Shown: positions 8,955 to 17,319, counted from the stretch's first letter. The stretch is 64,000 bases of DNA from an uncultured Gammaproteobacteria bacterium (GCA_964482695.1 CAYZYP010000001.1:4143-68142); one strand, 5' to 3'. Made by a program: numbers and translations. Notes: generated by a model from the letters alone, not told the origin.

Positions 8955-8990
8955 TATATGTAATAAATTGTAATAATTTGTATTACAATC
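8955..8990. promoter_or_regulatory. Candidate TA operator: palindrome attgtaata-atttg-tattacaat preceded by direct repeat tgtaataa
   Basis: Located 12-45 bp upstream of the RHH antitoxin start codon on the minus strand. Confidence 0.35.
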
Positions 8991-9015
8991 ATAACATGCT
9001 GCAAATTTTTGTCAA

Positions 9016-10272
9016 GTGCAAATTATGACCTCAAAAGATCAAGCAAAAAAGTTTCCTCTTTCACCGGGTGTTTATCGGTTTATAGATAAGAACGGTGGAA
9101 TTTTGTATATCGGCCGGGCAACCAATTTGCGTGGTCGGGTTTCGCATTACTTTGGAAAAGATATTGACCGCCGGATAGGCGAGATGGTTTCTTTGGCTAA
9201 AAATGTTAGATGCCAGAAAACCGATTCTATTTTGGAAGCGATTATTTTGGAAGCTAATTTGATTAAGAAATACTGGCCGAAATATAATATTAAAGATAGA
9301 GATGATAAATCATTTACTTATTTAGTAATTCCCAAAGGTGATTATCCCAAGCCGTTATTTATCCGCGGTCGTGAATTAGAAAAATTTCCAACTGCCAATG
9401 TTAATATTTTTGGTCCTTATCAAAACGCGGCATTGCTACGCAAGGCATTAAAAATAATCAGGCGGATTTTCCCTTATAGTACTTGCGTGCCCAATTCAGG
9501 GCGTCCTTGCTTTGATTATCAAATCGGTTTGTGTCCAGGTGTTTGCTTGGGTGCCATAAGTAAAAAAGATTATCAGAAAAATATTAAAAATTTAATTTTA
9601 TTTTTAAGCGGTGATAAAAAGAGGTTGTTTAAAAAGTTAAAAACAGAAAACCCAGAAGCGATTATTGCTTTAAAACAAATTCAGGACGTTGCGTTAATAA
9701 TAAATGATGAACAGACCTCCAATTGCCACCTTCTTCGCCACCGCCACAGCGGGATCCCGTTAAAGCGGGATAAAGAGGGGACAGATGGTGAATATAAGGA
9801 TTTTCGCGTAGAAGGTTATGATATTTCTCATTTTGCCGGTAAAGAAACCTATGGTTCTATGGTGGTGTTTAAAAATGGCCAGCCGGATAAAAGCCAATAT
9901 CGGCTTTTTAAAATTAAAACAGCGCCGGCCAGTGATGATTTAGCGGCGTTAACAGAAATGATAACCAGGCGGTTAAAACATTTAGAATGGCCAATGCCGG
10001 ATTTGATGGTGGTTGATGGCGGTTTGCCACAAGTCCGCCAAGTTTACAAAATTTTTAAAGTCGGCAAAGTAGACGTTTCTTTTGTTGGTATTTCTAAATT
10101 GCAGAATGATATTTTAGTTTTTCCTCCTGGCATTACCAAAACTTTCAGAGAGTTAGTAGAAGCGTCTAAACGGATGTTACTTCAAGTTCGCGACGAGGCG
10201 CACAGATTCGCGAATATGGCGAGAAAGAGGAAAATGGGAAAAACGTTGGAAAAAAATTATAATTTATCTTGA
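9016..10272 (+). CDS. uvrC: Excinuclease ABC subunit C (UvrC), compact form (418 aa) lacking C-terminal (HhH)2 region
   Basis: GIY-YIG N-terminus (GVYRFIDKNGGILYIGRATNLRGRVSHYF), Cys-rich middle, RNase H-like endonuclease segment VEGYDISHFAG. Confidence 0.8.
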   Translation: MQIMTSKDQAKKFPLSPGVYRFIDKNGGILYIGRATNLRGRVSHYFGKDIDRRIGEMVSLAKNVRCQKTDSILEAIILEANLIKKYWPKYNIKDRDDKSFTYLVIPKGDYPKPLFIRGRELEKFPTANVNIFGPYQNAALLRKALKIIRRIFPYSTCVPNSGRPCFDYQIGLCPGVCLGAISKKDYQKNIKNLILFLSGDKKRLFKKLKTENPEAIIALKQIQDVALIINDEQTSNCHLLRHRHSGIPLKRDKEGTDGEYKDFRVEGYDISHFAGKETYGSMVVFKNGQPDKSQYRLFKIKTAPASDDLAALTEMITRRLKHLEWPMPDLMVVDGGLPQVRQVYKIFKVGKVDVSFVGISKLQNDILVFPPGITKTFRELVEASKRMLLQVRDEAHRFANMARKRKMGKTLEKNYNLS

Positions 10273-10297
10273 CAAAAGCCATATTTTGTGCTATACT
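10269..10297 (+). promoter_or_regulatory. Candidate sigma70 promoter TTGACA-17-TATACT for the small acidic protein gene
   Basis: ttgaca aaagccatattttgtgc tatact overlapping the last codons of uvrC. Confidence 0.4.
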
Positions 10298-10354
10298 TAA
10301 TCTAAGTTTAAAGGCATTACCTTTAAATTTAGTTAGTTTTTAACTATAAAAAAT

Positions 10355-10624
10355 ATGGAAAGAACGCATCATAGCAAAATAGTAAAAGAGGATATAGAAG
10401 CAGACGAAGCGTTTAAAATGGGTCAACATCAGGATAGAATAGCATACGGCAGAGATCTAGAAGAAGCCAAGGCAACAATGAAAGCAGGCCTAGAAGAAGA
10501 AGAAAGAATACACCAACAAAATTTATCAGCCGAAGTGGCAATGAAAAGAGGCAAAAAAGCAGACGAAGAAGCCCATCAAAAGGGTTTGGCGGAAGAGCCA
10601 AAAGAATACGACAAAGCCGCGTAA
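10355..10624 (+). CDS. Hypothetical small highly charged (E/K/A-rich) protein
   Basis: 89-aa ORF with own promoter and strong terminator. Confidence 0.4.
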   Translation: MERTHHSKIVKEDIEADEAFKMGQHQDRIAYGRDLEEAKATMKAGLEEEERIHQQNLSAEVAMKRGKKADEEAHQKGLAEEPKEYDKAA

Positions 10625-10638
10625 AAATTTTTAAACAC

Positions 10639-10668
10639 AAAACCGCTCTAAAAAGGGCGGTTTTTTAT
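10639..10668. terminator. Rho-independent terminator (aaccgctc taaaaa gggcgg + T6), between convergent genes
   Basis: GC hairpin followed by tttttt on + strand; reverse orientation also partly U-rich. Confidence 0.6.
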
Positions 10669-10670
10669 TT

Positions 10671-12638
10671 TCATTGGCACAAAGGAAAAGTACAAGTTAC
10701 TTTTGTGCCTTTGTTTATTTCACTTTCTATCTTTATATCCCCATCATGATTTTTTATGATTCTTTCACAGATTGCCAAACCAAGGCCGGTGCCCTTTACG
10801 CTATTGTTGGTGTTATTATCAGCTCGATAGAAGCGTTTAAATAAATTTTGTAATTCTATCTTGGCTATGCCAATTCCACTGTCATTTATTACAAGTAAAA
10901 CATTATTTTTATCTCTTTTTAAATTAATAATTATTTTTCTTTCATTGGCAGTATATTTAAAAGCATTGCTTACCAAATTGGTTATTAATTCTTCTAGCTG
11001 TTTTGCTTGGCCAAACAAATAAATGTTGGGTTCTATATTAGAAATAATGTTTATTTTATTTTGTTTAGCTATAACTTGGAAGTATTCTATCAAATCAGTT
11101 AGTAAATAACTAAAATTTATTTTTTGTTTATTATTAACATCAAATTTAAAATCTAACCTAGCTAATTTTAACAAATCAGAAATAAATTTCGAAATATTAT
11201 CTATTGATTTAGAGCATATTTTAAAAGTGTCATTTTTATTGTAACTATTTTCCAGTTGGCACAATTCGCCTTTGATTATTGTTAAAGGAGTTTGTAAGGC
11301 ATGAGAAATATCTAACATCATTTGTGATTGTTTTTCTTGTAAATTTGTTATTTCTTTAGTTCTATTTTTTACCTTTTCTTCCAAATTTTTGGAATAATTT
11401 TTTATTTGTTCATAAAGCCGCGCTTTTTCCAAAGCCATGGTTACTTGGTAAGCAAACGTTTCTAATAATTTTAAATCTTGTTTGCTATAATAGTCACCAG
11501 AAAGTTTTGGTCCTAATAATAAAAAACCAATATTTTTATTTTCTAATAAAAGAGGCACACTGGCGGTTTTCTCGTGCCTGTCATCTATTGAATGTTGGCT
11601 ATAAGTTGTATTTAAAATATAACTAGCTGTACTGGCATGGAGAATTTGTTTTAATTTATCGTTAGTTTCATCAATAATATCTTGTTGATTAATATTTTTG
11701 TTAGCGATAAAACTTAATTCACGCAAAGCCTCGCTATAATTGTATTTATCTTTGAAAAATATTTTATCAGTAAAACGACGAAAGTACAGTTCTATTATTG
11801 GTACGGTAAAAATACCAAAAATAGTAGTAATAATAGCGCTGATAAAATAATTAAAGTGGCTATTGTTTTTTAATAAAACAAGCGAAGTAAATAATATTGA
11901 TAAATAAAATATTATAATAATGCTTAAAATAGCAATATAAATTAAACCGCGTTGGATGATTATTTTGATGTCTAGCAATTTATGTTTTAAGATGACGTAG
12001 CTAGTGAAGATAGCCAAGAAGATAGAAAATTGCGGTCCAAGACTGTAGAATCGAATCTCTCCAAGTAAAGGTAAAATTACGGTAAAAATAATCGCTCCAA
12101 ATAATACCAAAAAAACTCCCATTTTTATGTAGATGATTTGTCTTTTTTGTAGCCACGATGCTTTTGGATAATAGAATAATAAGCGTGTGCCGCCATAAAT
12201 CAAACCGCCCAAAAGAAAAAGTAAAATAGGATAACTAACGATGCCGAGGGTGATTTGCGTGGGCGCATTAGGCGGAAAAAATGTTTCTATTGTATATAAT
12301 TTGGTGAAACTACAAATAGAAAAAATAATACTGGGCGTTAAAAAAAGTATCTTTTTTATTTTACTTAGTCGGTTGTTGATAAAAAATTCTATAAAACATA
12401 AATGATAACTAACAAAAAAGACACCGCCTGTAACAGCCAAACCGCTATAAATTCGCAAAGCCAGATCGCTACTCGCGACATCAGCCATGGCATTACTGCC
12501 AACCCAAACCGTGATGAATAAAATATATAGTCCAAGGTATTTAGCGAGAATGTTGTGTTTCTTTTGTATAAAAACGAAAGCCGCGACCCCCAGGTTTATT
12601 AAAGTGAGAATCGCGGCGGAAATAGTGAAAATAAACAT
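10671..12638 (-). CDS. Sensor histidine kinase with large multi-TM N-terminal sensor region; no response regulator gene adjacent in this window
   Basis: H-box ISHALQTPLT, HATPase_c motifs NLVSNAFKYT, DSGIGI, GTGLGLAI; ~9 N-terminal TM helices. Confidence 0.8.
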   Translation of the reverse strand: MFIFTISAAILTLINLGVAAFVFIQKKHNILAKYLGLYILFITVWVGSNAMADVASSDLALRIYSGLAVTGGVFFVSYHLCFIEFFINNRLSKIKKILFLTPSIIFSICSFTKLYTIETFFPPNAPTQITLGIVSYPILLFLLGGLIYGGTRLLFYYPKASWLQKRQIIYIKMGVFLVLFGAIIFTVILPLLGEIRFYSLGPQFSIFLAIFTSYVILKHKLLDIKIIIQRGLIYIAILSIIIIFYLSILFTSLVLLKNNSHFNYFISAIITTIFGIFTVPIIELYFRRFTDKIFFKDKYNYSEALRELSFIANKNINQQDIIDETNDKLKQILHASTASYILNTTYSQHSIDDRHEKTASVPLLLENKNIGFLLLGPKLSGDYYSKQDLKLLETFAYQVTMALEKARLYEQIKNYSKNLEEKVKNRTKEITNLQEKQSQMMLDISHALQTPLTIIKGELCQLENSYNKNDTFKICSKSIDNISKFISDLLKLARLDFKFDVNNKQKINFSYLLTDLIEYFQVIAKQNKINIISNIEPNIYLFGQAKQLEELITNLVSNAFKYTANERKIIINLKRDKNNVLLVINDSGIGIAKIELQNLFKRFYRADNNTNNSVKGTGLGLAICERIIKNHDGDIKIESEINKGTKVTCTFPLCQ

Positions 12639-12670
12639 AACTAGTTTAAGAGCTGATTAAAATTGATTGC

Positions 12671-13381
12671 TTAGGGGTGTTTACACCGCAAAAGAATACT
12701 AAAATCTCTGCTCTGAGGATCGTGGAGAAAATTGGGCAAGACGGCCAGGATTACTATATGCGGATTATGTAAATATTTGCGCAAAATAAGATCAGGTTCG
12801 GCTAAAGTCGGCAGGTTTGGCAGTTCAGGTTTAGCTGGCAATGTAGGAGCAGCGCATCCGTTTACCATTTTAACACATTCCCAAACATACGATAAGGCAA
12901 GCTGTTTTTCTTGTTCCGGCCTAAAGCCGCTTACCACGGCCTGATTAAAGTAGTCGGAAAATCCGGGGATCCGCGAAACGCCGTGTAGTGGCTTGTGGCG
13001 CGAGTAGGCAAAGTCAACGCAAGCTTGCAGAAGTACGTGTCCGCTGCCGCGATCTACCGAGCAGATAGTAATGCCGAAGTGGCAGTTACCGTTTGGGTCG
13101 TGGACGTGGCGAGAGAATCCGTTATCTGTTAAGTCGTTAAAGGTGGCCAGTCGCGAGATTCCAGCGGCAGTTAGATGGGTAATAAAACAGTAAGTGAAGG
13201 CGGTTATTACGCCATTTTTTTCTGCCAACAAAAATCCCTCGGGGTAAACGTCTAACCATGTTTTGAAGTGTTCCTCCCTATACACTTCAGTACCGGCGTT
13301 TCCCCAAACTTTTTCTTCTACCGCGACGATTTGGGCGATGTCAGCCCAAGTTGCTTGGCGAATTTTTAGTTTTTCTGTCAT
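12671..13381 (-). CDS. GNAT-family N-acetyltransferase-like protein with unusual Pro-rich C-terminal extension; GC-rich gene
   Basis: N-terminal IRQATWADIAQIVAVEEKVW... resembles GNAT fold; local GC clearly above window average. Confidence 0.45.
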   Translation of the reverse strand: MTEKLKIRQATWADIAQIVAVEEKVWGNAGTEVYREEHFKTWLDVYPEGFLLAEKNGVITAFTYCFITHLTAAGISRLATFNDLTDNGFSRHVHDPNGNCHFGITICSVDRGSGHVLLQACVDFAYSRHKPLHGVSRIPGFSDYFNQAVVSGFRPEQEKQLALSYVWECVKMVNGCAAPTLPAKPELPNLPTLAEPDLILRKYLHNPHIVILAVLPNFLHDPQSRDFSILLRCKHP

Positions 13382-13396
13382 CAGCTTCTCCTTGGT

Positions 13397-13795
13397 TTAC
13401 TCGTGCAGGTTATTAACCGGAAATTCAAGCCCACGTTCTATCACTTGCCAGACAATCTTTTTGGCAGAGAACTTGGCCTTGACGTACGCGACCACTTTTT
13501 CCGGATCAAAGTTCTGGCAGGAAAATAGATCCATGAAAAAGCAGTCTTTTTTGCAGTAGGTGTGGATGCTGATGTGAGAGGTGACAATTAGGATTATGCC
13601 ACTCGCGCCAGCGACTGCTGAATCATCAAAACTCGCCACCACCGGCTGGCTTGCTTTTTGCATGCCAACCAACTCCGGCAGTTCTTCTAGCACTTGTTGT
13701 AGTAAGTTGGTGTCGTTTAATTTGTCTGGATCTGCTTGGTAGCAGTCCATAACAAGGTGCAGACCGTAGTATTTATCTTTTTCTCCAATTTCCAT
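13397..13795 (-). CDS. speH: S-adenosylmethionine decarboxylase proenzyme, small class 1 (SpeH/SpeD-like); start taken at MEIGEKDKYYGLHLVMDCY
   Basis: GLHLVMDCYQADPDKLND...IILIVTSHISIHTY...FFMDLFSCQNFDP matches pyruvoyl-dependent AdoMetDC core (HISIHTWPE-like). Confidence 0.65.
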   Translation of the reverse strand: MEIGEKDKYYGLHLVMDCYQADPDKLNDTNLLQQVLEELPELVGMQKASQPVVASFDDSAVAGASGIILIVTSHISIHTYCKKDCFFMDLFSCQNFDPEKVVAYVKAKFSAKKIVWQVIERGLEFPVNNLHE

Positions 13796-13830
13796 GTTTA
13801 TCTCCTTAGGTTGTGAAAGAGCGTTGTTTT

Positions 13831-14487
13831 TTATTTTGTTATTAACGGCGCTAGGATAGTGTTGTGTTTCCAGTACAAACATTCTTTTGGCGGATTGACA
13901 TAACAGATTTTTTTATCAATTTTTTTAAATCCAGCTTGCTGTAAATAGTGCAGATGATTAGGTGAAAAATTATCAACTTCATCTGAATAGTAAGTTAAAA
14001 TTCCGTTTGGTTTTAAAATTCGGTACGCTTCTGGAAAGAATTTAAAATGATTGCAATGGATTTCTTTTTTTCGTAAAGGATAGGTGTCAAACAAAATGCC
14101 GTCTATGCTGTTACTAGGAATAGTTTTAATTGTATCTTCCCAAAAACCTAAGATCGGTTCAATAGAAAAATTAGTTTGTTTTTGAAAATCAAAAATAGTC
14201 TTCCAAACTTGTTTGTTGGCTTCTATTATAATATGCTTTGTTATCTGGCGCTTCTGAATATATTTAGCAGAAATACCCATGCCAAAACCAACTTCCAAAA
14301 TAGCCCCGCCATTTTTAGTGGCAATTTCTGCTAGTAGTTTCATGTAATTGTCTTCCCAGCTTTCCATTATCGGGTGGCCGCAAATTCGCAGTTTATCCCG
14401 CGTGATAAAAATAGGTGCGTCCAGCCATTTTTGTCTGATATTTTTAAAGCCGATTTGTAGGCGAGTTTGGTAGGTATTAATATACAT
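13831..14487 (-). CDS. Guanidinoacetate N-methyltransferase (GAMT)-like SAM-dependent methyltransferase
   Basis: RICGHPIMESWEDNYMKLLAEIATKNGGAILEVGFGMGISAKYIQ...GILFDTYPL...LKPNGILTYY...ILAPLITK closely parallels GAMT (RILGKPVMERWETPYM...GGRVLEVGFGMAIAASKVQ...MITPLVTKG). Confidence 0.65.
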   Translation of the reverse strand: MYINTYQTRLQIGFKNIRQKWLDAPIFITRDKLRICGHPIMESWEDNYMKLLAEIATKNGGAILEVGFGMGISAKYIQKRQITKHIIIEANKQVWKTIFDFQKQTNFSIEPILGFWEDTIKTIPSNSIDGILFDTYPLRKKEIHCNHFKFFPEAYRILKPNGILTYYSDEVDNFSPNHLHYLQQAGFKKIDKKICYVNPPKECLYWKHNTILAPLITK

Positions 14488-14575
14488 AGGTGATTGGTAA
14501 TAATATTATCGACATTCATAATAGCATATACCTACCTATGAAATTATAAATTAAAGATAAAATAAAAATAAACTA

Positions 14576-14601
14576 TGTCACGTTAGTGACATAGTTTAAA
14601 A
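14576..14601 (-). terminator. Hairpin aactatgtcac-gtta-gtgacatagtt followed by T-rich run on minus strand; second similar palindrome at 14641-14672
   Basis: Perfect 11-bp stem; downstream (minus sense) tatttttatttt. Confidence 0.4.
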
Positions 14602-14716
14602 TTACACAACATTTTTTTCCATCCGTTTTTTAGCTCCTTGCTATGTTTACAATTAGTTTGTAAACATAGTGGGAAGCGGATGGGGGAGTCCGCTTGAAGG
14701 TGTGAGTGTAGAGGAA

Positions 14717-14995
14717 CTAGTACCGAATGCCCCAGATTTGCGAGTTGTACCTATAGGCATCGTCGGAGTAGTAGACTGTTTTTTCGACCTTGGGCTTCCG
14801 CCCGTTACTCTTCTTCAAAGCGTCGAGGCCGTTGCCTTTTCCGATGACCGGTGCGTTCGGCACCTTCTCCGGATCCATGCCCTTTTGGAGCTGGTATAGG
14901 CAGCCTCCGATCCAGGCGAGCGTCTGGACGTCGACTCCGAGTTGTCGGGCGAACTTTCTTTTTGTTGTCTTTCTTCTTCGTACTGTGGCGTTCAT
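14717..14995 (-). CDS. Small basic protein (92 aa) with possible HTH segment, in GC-rich patch; strong SD
   Basis: aaggaggtg 5 nt upstream of ATG on minus strand; KFARQLGVDVQTLAWIGG weakly HTH/excisionase-like; GC ~55% vs AT-rich surroundings. Confidence 0.35.
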   Translation of the reverse strand: MNATVRRRKTTKRKFARQLGVDVQTLAWIGGCLYQLQKGMDPEKVPNAPVIGKGNGLDALKKSNGRKPKVEKTVYYSDDAYRYNSQIWGIRY

Positions 14996-15104
14996 ACGCC
15001 ACCTCCTTTATCTAGCCCGCTGTAGCACCACACCATGATCGGCGAGGTGCAAAAGCAGGTCGTGTAATCAAAAATAACAAAGATATATATATATGTCAAT
15101 AGAC

Positions 15105-15145
15105 AAAAACAAAAAAATAGGGGCAGGTTTAAAACCTGCCCCTAC
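15105..15145 (-). terminator. Rho-independent terminator downstream of rplS (ggggcagg-tttaaaa-cctgcccc + U-run on minus strand)
   Basis: Perfect 8-bp GC stem then tatttttttgttttt in minus sense. Confidence 0.55.
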
Positions 15146-15165
15146 GATTAGAAAATATTTGAATC

Positions 15166-15513
15166 TTATTTTTTTACTTCTTTTTTCTTTTCTTTCATTT
15201 TTCTTTTGAATTTTGGATCACGCAAATAATGTAATTTAGCCCTTCTTACTTTGTATTCTTTAACTATCTGGATTTTGGCTACAGCTGGCGAATGAATAGG
15301 ATAAATTTTTTCCACGCCAACACCATCAGAAACTTTGCGCACAGTAATAGTGGCGCCAGCTTCGGCCCCGTGTTTGGCGGCAATAATTGTGCCTTCGTAA
15401 ATTTGAATACGTTCTTTTTCTTCGCCTTTAGTGTTCATTTCTTTAATTTTTTCATGCACCTTTACCACCATGCCTGGTTTGTAGGCATTTTTTTTATTTT
15501 GTTCTTCGGTCAT
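15166..15513 (-). CDS. rplS: 50S ribosomal protein L19
   Basis: [27 protein letters not shown]...RRAKLHYLR. Confidence 0.85.
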   Translation of the reverse strand: MTEEQNKKNAYKPGMVVKVHEKIKEMNTKGEEKERIQIYEGTIIAAKHGAEAGATITVRKVSDGVGVEKIYPIHSPAVAKIQIVKEYKVRRAKLHYLRDPKFKRKMKEKKKEVKK

Positions 15514-15548
15514 AAAATATATTTAGTATGCAAAACATGTTGCCAATA

Positions 15549-16145
15549 TTACCCTTTTTTCTTATTTTTGTCAACCATTTTCACGGTTCCTAGCCTATTT
15601 TGTATAATTTGCGCTATTTTATCAATAGTTTCCGTTAATTTACCTTCGGAATTAACTATCTGGTATTGAAATTTATCTTTTTTCTTTAATTCTATTTCCG
15701 CTGATTTAAGTCTTGCTCGAAAATCACCCTCGGTCATTTCACCGCGATTTTTAATATGATCCACCATCTGTTCGTAGTTTTCCGGCAGTAAAAAAATAGT
15801 AATACAATTATTTGGGAATTCTTTTATTAATTGTTCCGCGCCCTGCACGTCTATGTTAAAAAGTACCGGGTTTTTTTCCAATAATTTAATAGTTTCTTGC
15901 TTATGCGTGCCATAATAATCGCCATGCACCTTGGCCCATTCCAAAAATTCACCGGCTTTTTGACGCTTGTCAAATTCAGCAGTAGAAATATAGTACATTT
16001 TTTTATCTTCAACAGAATTTTGTCTTGGCCGGCGAGTGGTATAGGTAACACTAGAGCGCAAATTAGAAAAAGCTTTTAACAGCGATTTAGCCACCGTTGT
16101 TTTCCCAACGCCTGCCGGACCGCAGATAATAATTAAATTTTGCAT
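15549..16145 (-). CDS. gmk: Guanylate kinase
   Basis: GPAGVGKTT P-loop, TTRRPR, FLEWAKVHGDYYGT. Confidence 0.85.
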   Translation of the reverse strand: MQNLIIICGPAGVGKTTVAKSLLKAFSNLRSSVTYTTRRPRQNSVEDKKMYYISTAEFDKRQKAGEFLEWAKVHGDYYGTHKQETIKLLEKNPVLFNIDVQGAEQLIKEFPNNCITIFLLPENYEQMVDHIKNRGEMTEGDFRARLKSAEIELKKKDKFQYQIVNSEGKLTETIDKIAQIIQNRLGTVKMVDKNKKKG

Positions 16146-16182
16146 AAAGAGTGTTGAAGTATAAATACCCTTAGTATGTATA

Positions 16183-16327
16183 GTAATCCTTTAATTAAAT
16201 TATTTTTAGAGTTTGCGAGGCAAAAATGCATGGTCCCGACTAAGTTGGGATTTTTGCCGAGCATTTAAGTCAATTTTGCCGCTGGGCGAAATTGACGTGT
16301 CTAAAAATAATTAAACTAAAGGATTAC
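16183..16327. mobile_element. MITE-like element copy B (inverted orientation relative to copy A), TIRs (g)taatcctttaattaaattatttttaga / tctaaaaataattaaactaaaggattac
   Basis: 16211-16275 is reverse complement (few mismatches) of 4721-4790; imperfect ~28-bp TIRs read directly. Confidence 0.65.
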
Positions 16328-16329
16328 GA

Positions 16330-17313
16330 TTAATGCAAGTTTTTTAGAAAGCTCTCTAATTCTAATGGTAGTTCTATGGTAAATTTTTTCTTTTCATTTT
16401 TTAAATTCACAAAACCTAATTGACAACAATGCAAAAATAGCCGCCCGCATTTTTCGTCCCACTTTCGTTTTTGTTTTTTTTGAAAATATAACGGATCGCC
16501 AACTATAGGGTGATTATACGCCAAAAAATGCGTGCGGATTTGGTGCATACGGCCGGTATAGATTTTAACGCGCAAAAGAGTAAAATTCACAAAACGTTTT
16601 TCAACCAAAAATTCTGTTTTAGCTTCACGGCCATCATCCGACGTCAGTCCATCTTTAAGGTAAGGAATAGCCGCCATCCGGTCGCTATTTTTTGTTCTTT
16701 TAATTGGAAAATTAATTTCATCCCAATCTTTATGTATTTTACCGTGAACCAAGACTAAATATTCTTTTTCTATTTCTCTTTTTTTGAATTGTTCTTTTAA
16801 ACACCCAAACATTTTTTGTGTTCGTGCTACTACCAAAAGACCAGACGCTTCCTTGTCTAGACGGTGAACAATGCCAGGGCGTGTTTCCGGATCATCGCCA
16901 ACTTTTTTAATTTCCGGATATTTCTTTGCCAAAACAGAAGCCACACTCATCGATTCGCGAGCCATGGTTGGGTGAGTAAGCAAGCCAGATGGTTTGTTTA
17001 TTACCAGATAATCGTCGGTTTCGGCGACAATGTTTAATTTAGAATATTTAGCAGAGTTGGCAGCCGGCTTGGGCTGTTTAATTGTTTTAGGTAATTTAGG
17101 TTTTTTGATTATCTTAGATAGTATAATTTTGTCGCCATCTTTTATTAAATTACCGGCTTTTTTAGGTTGTTTATCATTAATTGTTATTTGTTTATTATCT
17201 ATCATTTTTCGTACTTGCGAGCGAGAGACGCCTAATTTTTTTGTCAAAAAAATATCCAGCCGTTGATTGGCAAGTGGCGCGGAAACTGTAAATGTGGTCG
17301 TAAGAGAAGTCAT
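16330..17313 (-). CDS. RluA-family 23S rRNA pseudouridine synthase (RluD-like) with N-terminal S4 domain; start taken at MTSLTTTF
   Basis: S4 motif VSRSQVRKMIDNKQITIN, catalytic HRLDKEASGLLVVA. Confidence 0.75.
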   Translation of the reverse strand: MTSLTTTFTVSAPLANQRLDIFLTKKLGVSRSQVRKMIDNKQITINDKQPKKAGNLIKDGDKIILSKIIKKPKLPKTIKQPKPAANSAKYSKLNIVAETDDYLVINKPSGLLTHPTMARESMSVASVLAKKYPEIKKVGDDPETRPGIVHRLDKEASGLLVVARTQKMFGCLKEQFKKREIEKEYLVLVHGKIHKDWDEINFPIKRTKNSDRMAAIPYLKDGLTSDDGREAKTEFLVEKRFVNFTLLRVKIYTGRMHQIRTHFLAYNHPIVGDPLYFQKKQKRKWDEKCGRLFLHCCQLGFVNLKNEKKKFTIELPLELESFLKNLH

Positions 17314-17319
17314 ATATAG

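Noticed and set aside
13795-13882. N-terminal 29-codon extension of the speH ORF (MFVLETQHYPSAVNNKIKNN...)
   Set aside because: Homologs start at the MEIGEK... position. The extension overlaps the upstream gene's 3' end and is probably not translated.
14669-15038. Plus-strand ORFs 14669-14899 and 14790-15038, and minus ORF 14805-15002, in the GC-rich patch
   Set aside because: None has a ribosome-binding site and the translations are Arg/Pro-rich nonsense. Only the minus-strand 14717-14995 ORF has a strong SD and a terminator.
14650-15060. Possibility that the GC-rich patch is a structured RNA (tmRNA, RNase P RNA, SRP RNA)
   Set aside because: No tmRNA 3' tRNA-like end, no tag-reading-frame motif, no RNase P P4 (AGGAAAGUCCGG) and no SRP domain IV motif were found by eye. 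This cannot be fully excluded without a covariance search.
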